Assembly: GCA_963667015.2 (NCBI GenBank)
Contig: CAXXJJ010000004.1
Location: 3,200,001-3,264,000, forward strand
DNA length: 64,000 nt
From: Desulfatiglandales bacterium
Lineage (GTDB): Bacteria > Desulfobacterota > DSM-4660 > Desulfatiglandales > HGW-15
Direction: 5' to 3'
How positions within the stretch are numbered: the stretch's first letter is position 1; each line of letters starts with the position of its first letter. The notes beneath the pieces are model-generated. The model ran no database searches and was not told the origin of the DNA. It was given only the letters and a program-made list of their open reading frames with translations. Position numbers and translations under genes: made by a program. Shown here in pieces: positions 59,216 to 64,000 of this stretch.

Positions 59216-59842
59216 CTAGTCCTGATTACCGGCACTCTCTTCCATAATCTCTATTATCTTTATGGAGCTCTCCTCCATCTCAAAGATCAGGGATTCCGCC
59301 TTGTCCTTTAATATCCTGTAACCCACAAGCACCGGTATTGCCACACAAAGTCCGGTAGCGGTTGTAATAAGTGCTTCGGCTATACCTCCTGCGAGCATTG
59401 AAGGATTTCCTCCTCCTTCGGCCATCACCTTGAAGGTCTTGATCATCCCCGAAACAGTGCCTAAAAGACCAAGCAAGGGAGAAAGGTTTGCAATGGTGGA
59501 CAGCATCCCCACATTCCTTTCCAGGATGATACTCTCTCGGCCGCCTCTTTCCTCAATAGCCTCCTTTACAAGCCACATGCCTTTGCCGCTGTTTTTAAGT
59601 CCTGCCAGGAATATCTTGGCAATAGAGGAGTTGCTCTTTTCACAGAGCTCCAGAGCAGCGGGTATATTCCTTTTTTTCAGCCTGTCCTCCACCTTTGATA
59701 CAAGGTCTTCGGGGATAACTGTTTTTTTCCTTAGTATCCATAATCTCTCAAAAAATATTGCCAGCGCAATTACTGAGCACAGTATTATGGGATACATTAC
59801 AGGGCCGCCTTTTATTATCAGATCTACCACTTTCTTCTCCAT
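59216..59842 (-). CDS. exbB: ExbB/TolQ/MotA-family proton channel
   Basis: GGPVMYPI, PLLGLLGTVSGMI, GIAEALITTATGL. Confidence 0.9.
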   Translation of the reverse strand: MEKKVVDLIIKGGPVMYPIILCSVIALAIFFERLWILRKKTVIPEDLVSKVEDRLKKRNIPAALELCEKSNSSIAKIFLAGLKNSGKGMWLVKEAIEERGGRESIILERNVGMLSTIANLSPLLGLLGTVSGMIKTFKVMAEGGGNPSMLAGGIAEALITTATGLCVAIPVLVGYRILKDKAESLIFEMEESSIKIIEIMEESAGNQD

Positions 59843-59971
59843 CAGACAGGATGAGATTGGATGCTTGTCTATTATACTAATTTAATATAAAGTAATATAA
59901 CATATAGTTTATTTATGTTCCAAGTCAAGTAATCACAATATAACAGGTTATAATATTTTGAGAGATACAAA

Positions 59972-61672
59972 TTGAGTGAAAATAAAAGCAACAAGGTAGT
60001 TTATATAAGAGAAAAAAAGGACATTGCAGCCGAAAGCAGGGAGATTGTCAGCAAACTGGCGCCCCTGTCAGGGAGCAATGCATTAAATATGGTTCTGGAC
60101 CATGACAACCCCCTTGAGCTGGTCCAAAACATGACAAAGATTGACCTGTTCTGGCTGGTAAAAAAGGTGGGAGAGGATGACGCACACCCATTACTCTCCC
60201 TGGCATCAACAGAACAATGGCAGTACATGATGGATATGGAGATATGGGACAGGGACTGCCTTAACAGGTTAAACACCTTTAACTGGTTCAACAATCTTTT
60301 AAAGGCTGACCCTGAAAGACTCATGCTGTACCTGTATGGTGAAGACGGCAACCTGCTTACCCATCTCTTTTTTACCGGGATACTTGATATCAGGGTCAGG
60401 GAAGACGACGACTTCATGCCCCCCGAAGGTTTTATTACCTTTGATAATCTGTATTTTATCGGCATTGGCGACAAAGAAAACGCAGAGGACATTGAACAGC
60501 TCTTAAGAAACATGGCCCTCCATGACCATAACAGGTTTCAGGCCCTTTTGCTAGGCCTGCAGGGGACCATTCCGGCTGAACTGGAAGAGGAAATGTACAG
60601 GCTTAAGAGTGTGCGTCTTGCTGAGGAAGGCTATCTGCCCTTTGAGGAGGCGGTTTCAGTTTACGCCCACCAGAATGCAGGCCTGCTTAAGAAAGATTCT
60701 TCGGAATACATTCTTGCCGCACCGGATGATGAAGAAACAAAGGCACTTGTTCCCATAACCCCCTTTATAGTGGTTCAGGAAGAAAACCTTTTTTCTGTGG
60801 CAGTGTCCGGGATAACAGATTATCCCTTACTGGACAGATTAAGGCTTGAGCTTGCCGGCCTGTGCAGCCAGATATTTTCAGCAGACGGAATCCGATTTGA
60901 GAGCGTTGACGATCTTGTAAAAATCTGCAAAAAGGCCGGGGGATATATCAATGCAGGGCTGGAGAAACTCTCTGGCGGAGACATTGGCATTGCCAGGGAA
61001 TTCCTTAAAAATCATCCGCTTATAACCATATTCAGAACAGGATTCAGCCAGGCCCTTGAGCTCAGGTGGAAGGCGGAGCGATGGATAAAGACATCATGGT
61101 TTGACCGGCTGGACCTGGACAATGATTTCTGGGGAGATGAATGGTCCGGAATACTGGACGGCATCCTGCTTAGCAAGCCCCTCCTGTACAGCGAAAAAAT
61201 GGAAAAGACATCCTACAGGGACTTTGTATCCCTTGATGAAATAAAAGAAACCGAAACAGTTATAGACCGGATGATTGTGCTTGATAAACTGCTTGAGGTA
61301 TTTATCCCTGTCCGCAATATTGAGCAGCTGACCGAAGAAGATATGGAACTCACATTTTATCAGGTTATTTTCACATCCTGGATAAGACGTTTAAGCGACC
61401 TGAAGCCCGAACTTGCGCCGCTTTCTCTGGATGAGGCAAGGTCCGCATTTAAAACACTGAGAAAGGGCGAGACATCACCTCCATTTAAGATGACAGGATT
61501 CAAAGATGAATTCATTAAAGAGTTCACCTCTCCTGAAAAAATATCCGGTGATATTGATCCTTTTTTAGAGAATACCCTTTCTCTTATCTGGGACCAGTTT
61601 GTAGAAGAATACGCACTGATCGATGCCGATGACCTGGAACCCAGGTATTCCAGTTTTATACTGATTAATTGA
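59972..61672 (+). CDS. Conserved hypothetical protein (DUF6178-like)
   Basis: 566-aa ORF; KKVGEDD..LLSLAS.EQW..MDMEIW, ELEEEMYRLKSVRLAEEGYLP. Confidence 0.7.
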   Translation: MSENKSNKVVYIREKKDIAAESREIVSKLAPLSGSNALNMVLDHDNPLELVQNMTKIDLFWLVKKVGEDDAHPLLSLASTEQWQYMMDMEIWDRDCLNRLNTFNWFNNLLKADPERLMLYLYGEDGNLLTHLFFTGILDIRVREDDDFMPPEGFITFDNLYFIGIGDKENAEDIEQLLRNMALHDHNRFQALLLGLQGTIPAELEEEMYRLKSVRLAEEGYLPFEEAVSVYAHQNAGLLKKDSSEYILAAPDDEETKALVPITPFIVVQEENLFSVAVSGITDYPLLDRLRLELAGLCSQIFSADGIRFESVDDLVKICKKAGGYINAGLEKLSGGDIGIAREFLKNHPLITIFRTGFSQALELRWKAERWIKTSWFDRLDLDNDFWGDEWSGILDGILLSKPLLYSEKMEKTSYRDFVSLDEIKETETVIDRMIVLDKLLEVFIPVRNIEQLTEEDMELTFYQVIFTSWIRRLSDLKPELAPLSLDEARSAFKTLRKGETSPPFKMTGFKDEFIKEFTSPEKISGDIDPFLENTLSLIWDQFVEEYALIDADDLEPRYSSFILIN

Positions 61673-61754
61673 TAAGGGCCTGGCAGTATGATATAATCGC
61701 ACCTATATTTCAGTTTTTTAACCGTGTACAGGGTTTTATTCATAGGAGTACAAA

Positions 61755-63191
61755 ATGCCTTCTGTAGAAGATTTCCCTGTAATAAAAATAATGATCGTTG
61801 ATGATGACCCCTCGATAGGAGATCTGATCGCGGATTTTCTAAAAAGGGAGGGACACACACCGGTCATATGCACAGATCCCTGGCAGGCCCTTGACCTCAT
61901 AAAACAGGAACCCTTTCACCTGGCCTTTGTAGACATAAATATGCCTGGCATGGACGGGCTTGAACTTGCGCCCAACCTGAAAAAGGAGAACCCTCTCCTC
62001 GAGGTTGTATTTATTACCGGTTACGGCACCTTTGACAATGCCATTCAGGCTATAAAGGTCGGGGCCTATGATTATTTAAGAAAACCCTTCGGCATAAGCG
62101 AACTCAATCTCTGCATCAAGCGGTTTCAGGAGCGCATGGAGCTCAAAGAGCGGGTTAAAAGAGTCGAACAGAGATATTACAACCTTGTACAGAATATTCC
62201 ATGCCTTGTGTTTATTGCCAGGGAGAGCCTGGAACTCGATTTTATAAACAGGGCCTGCGAACCAATGCTCGGCTATACCATAGATGAGGCCATAGCTGAA
62301 ACCGGATGGCTGCTGAAGAGAATACATGAAGATGACCGGGCGAGAATAAAGGCAACCCTTGACAGGGCATTCCAGTCTCAAAACTTCAGGTTTTCCGAAG
62401 AATGCCGCATGATCCACAGGGACGGGCATCTTATACATGTCATGATCGGTTCAATAACAGGCACAAAAATCCTGGGTGTCAACACAGTCAAGACCATCAA
62501 GGGTATGGTCGTTGATATAACAGACAGGGTTTTCCTTGAAAGGGAGATCATCCAGAAGGAAAAACTCAAACTACTCAGATCCATATCAGAGGAGGTAGCC
62601 CACGGAATCAGAAATCCCCTCATGTCAATCGGAGGTTTTGCCAGAAGGCTGAGGAAGAGATTTACCGATCTGCCTGAAGGGGATATCATCCTCAAGGAGT
62701 CCAAACGGCTTGAAAATATCCTGAAAAGGATTGCCGAGTACCTTAAACCCGTTGAGGTGAATTATGAGGAATGCCTGATAAACTCACTGGTCTCCGAATG
62801 TGTTGATGGGTATACCTCCGAAATCACACCTCAACAGGCAAATATCCAGCTGGACCTGGATAACTCCCTCTCACCCATAAGGACCGACAGAGAGATAATA
62901 ATAGGAATATTTTCCGAATTGCTAAAAAATTCAGGAAAAGATACTGATAATGGCAATATAATGTCAATTAAGACCTATGAAAGTGACAATAAATGCCATA
63001 TCGAATTTAAAAATAAAATTACAAACAAAAAGACAGAAGATCCGGATCTTTTTTTCCTTCCCTTTAACAGCAGTGAAAAGGAGATCGGCCTTCCCCTTTC
63101 CTACAGGCTACTGAAGGATATCGGAGGTCTCTTATCATATACACAGGAGGGAAAAGAAAGGGTTTTCACTGTCTCCTTACCTAAAACGTGA
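61755..63191 (+). CDS. REC-PAS-histidine kinase with degenerate ATPase domain
   Basis: IVDDD, DINMPGMDG, KPF; PAS; VAHGIRNPL; no DxGxG G1 box. Confidence 0.88.
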   Translation: MPSVEDFPVIKIMIVDDDPSIGDLIADFLKREGHTPVICTDPWQALDLIKQEPFHLAFVDINMPGMDGLELAPNLKKENPLLEVVFITGYGTFDNAIQAIKVGAYDYLRKPFGISELNLCIKRFQERMELKERVKRVEQRYYNLVQNIPCLVFIARESLELDFINRACEPMLGYTIDEAIAETGWLLKRIHEDDRARIKATLDRAFQSQNFRFSEECRMIHRDGHLIHVMIGSITGTKILGVNTVKTIKGMVVDITDRVFLEREIIQKEKLKLLRSISEEVAHGIRNPLMSIGGFARRLRKRFTDLPEGDIILKESKRLENILKRIAEYLKPVEVNYEECLINSLVSECVDGYTSEITPQQANIQLDLDNSLSPIRTDREIIIGIFSELLKNSGKDTDNGNIMSIKTYESDNKCHIEFKNKITNKKTEDPDLFFLPFNSSEKEIGLPLSYRLLKDIGGLLSYTQEGKERVFTVSLPKT

Positions 63192-63582
63192 ATCTGGCAT
63201 GATTTGTGCTTTTATTATTGATATTTAATGTTGACAGTCTTGTAGCCTTTTATTATTTACCTTATCTGGCTTGAAATTTATAAAATTATAATTAGCTTTT
63301 AACCTGTTTGTTTTACAATAGAATAGCAGGGGGATCTTGAAGGTAATTATTTATTAAACTGGTTCCGGTAGTATTTACTTCAGACTTATTCCATATTTGC
63401 GTCCATCCGGAAAGAGCTGGTTCAGGTTAATAAGACGGCTTTCAGATGTCAGAATTCAGACACATTTTCCTTTTTACATGAACTGATAGGATTTAGACAG
63501 GGCTGAGTACTGATAAAAGAGTTGATTATGATACGGTTAGGGGAATTTATTCAGCAATAACTACTTAAAATGAAGGTGTTTT

Positions 63583-64000
63583 ATGAAAACTACAGTTGAA
63601 GAAATCAGTTCTGTTAAAAAGAAGATTCTGGTTGAGATTGAATCCAAAGATGTTGATAAAAAAATCGACAGTGCATTTAAAAGATATGGGAAAAGCGCAA
63701 AGATAAAAGGCTTCAGACCGGGCAAGGTGCCCATGAAGGTCCTTGAAAGATATTATGGTGACCAGGTCACATATGAGGTAACCAATTCCATTATTCAGGA
63801 AACCCTGCCCCAGGCAATGCAGGAAACGGAAATATGGCCCCTGAACATGCCGTCTATTGAAGAAGGCGCCCAGCTTGTTAAAGGCCAGGACTTCAAATAT
63901 GCTGCCATCATGGAAGTCAGGCCCGAGTTCGAACTTAAAGACTATACCGGCATTGAGGTTGAAAAAGAAAAATGCATGATCAGCGATGATGATGTAGATA
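63583..64000 (+). CDS. tig: Trigger factor, 5' part (runs off window end)
   Basis: MKTTVEEISSVKKKILVEI..IKGFRPGKVP ribosome-binding motif..EVRPEFELKDY. Confidence 0.95.
   Translation, partial: MKTTVEEISSVKKKILVEIESKDVDKKIDSAFKRYGKSAKIKGFRPGKVPMKVLERYYGDQVTYEVTNSIIQETLPQAMQETEIWPLNMPSIEEGAQLVKGQDFKYAAIMEVRPEFELKDYTGIEVEKEKCMISDDDVD

Noticed and set aside
63192..63582. tRNA-Leu often found upstream of tig
   Set aside because: No cloverleaf or TTCRA T-loop with CCA end recognisable in this spacer.
1..64000. CRISPR arrays, prophage, IS elements, defence systems, rRNA
   Set aside because: No regularly spaced repeats, transposase, integrase, phage structural genes or rRNA signatures seen; the two helicases lack adjacent defence-type partners.

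Overview
Chromosomal window from an anaerobic deltaproteobacterium-like organism (Desulfobacterota-type gene content; taxonomy is inferred). The core genes are a near-complete dcw cluster (mraZ to ftsZ, minus strand, ~30.8-48.2 kb), ftsH-folP-coaX-ldcA-mlaC-mlaA, exbBD-ftsB and the start of tig. The most interesting part is the first 9 kb. (i) An 85-aa ORF missing from the ORF track has an in-frame TGA in a U-x-x-C motif followed by a SECIS-like hairpin, so it is a probable selenoprotein. (ii) A six-gene flavin/Fe-S oxidoreductase operon encodes a NuoE-like subunit, a NuoF/HydB-GltD fusion, a NuoG N-terminal-like subunit, a 4Fe-4S protein and two paralogous MetV-N-terminal-like proteins, with no hydrogenase or formate dehydrogenase catalytic subunit. 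(iii) This ~7.5 kb block lies between an intact psd gene and a displaced psd 3' end (~86% identical) that is fused to a truncated DUF89 gene, which looks like an integrase-free insertion scar. Other points: an EndoQ-UvrD fusion, an internally deleted serine hydrolase, two YtrA/GntR modules with parallel operators, a small ORF inside the dcw cluster, a murG lacking a canonical start, a core (MesB-like) methionine synthase, two +1 frameshifts and several REP-like repeats. No rRNA, tRNA, CRISPR array, transposase or integrase was recognised. All family assignments are from motif recognition by eye, not database searches.
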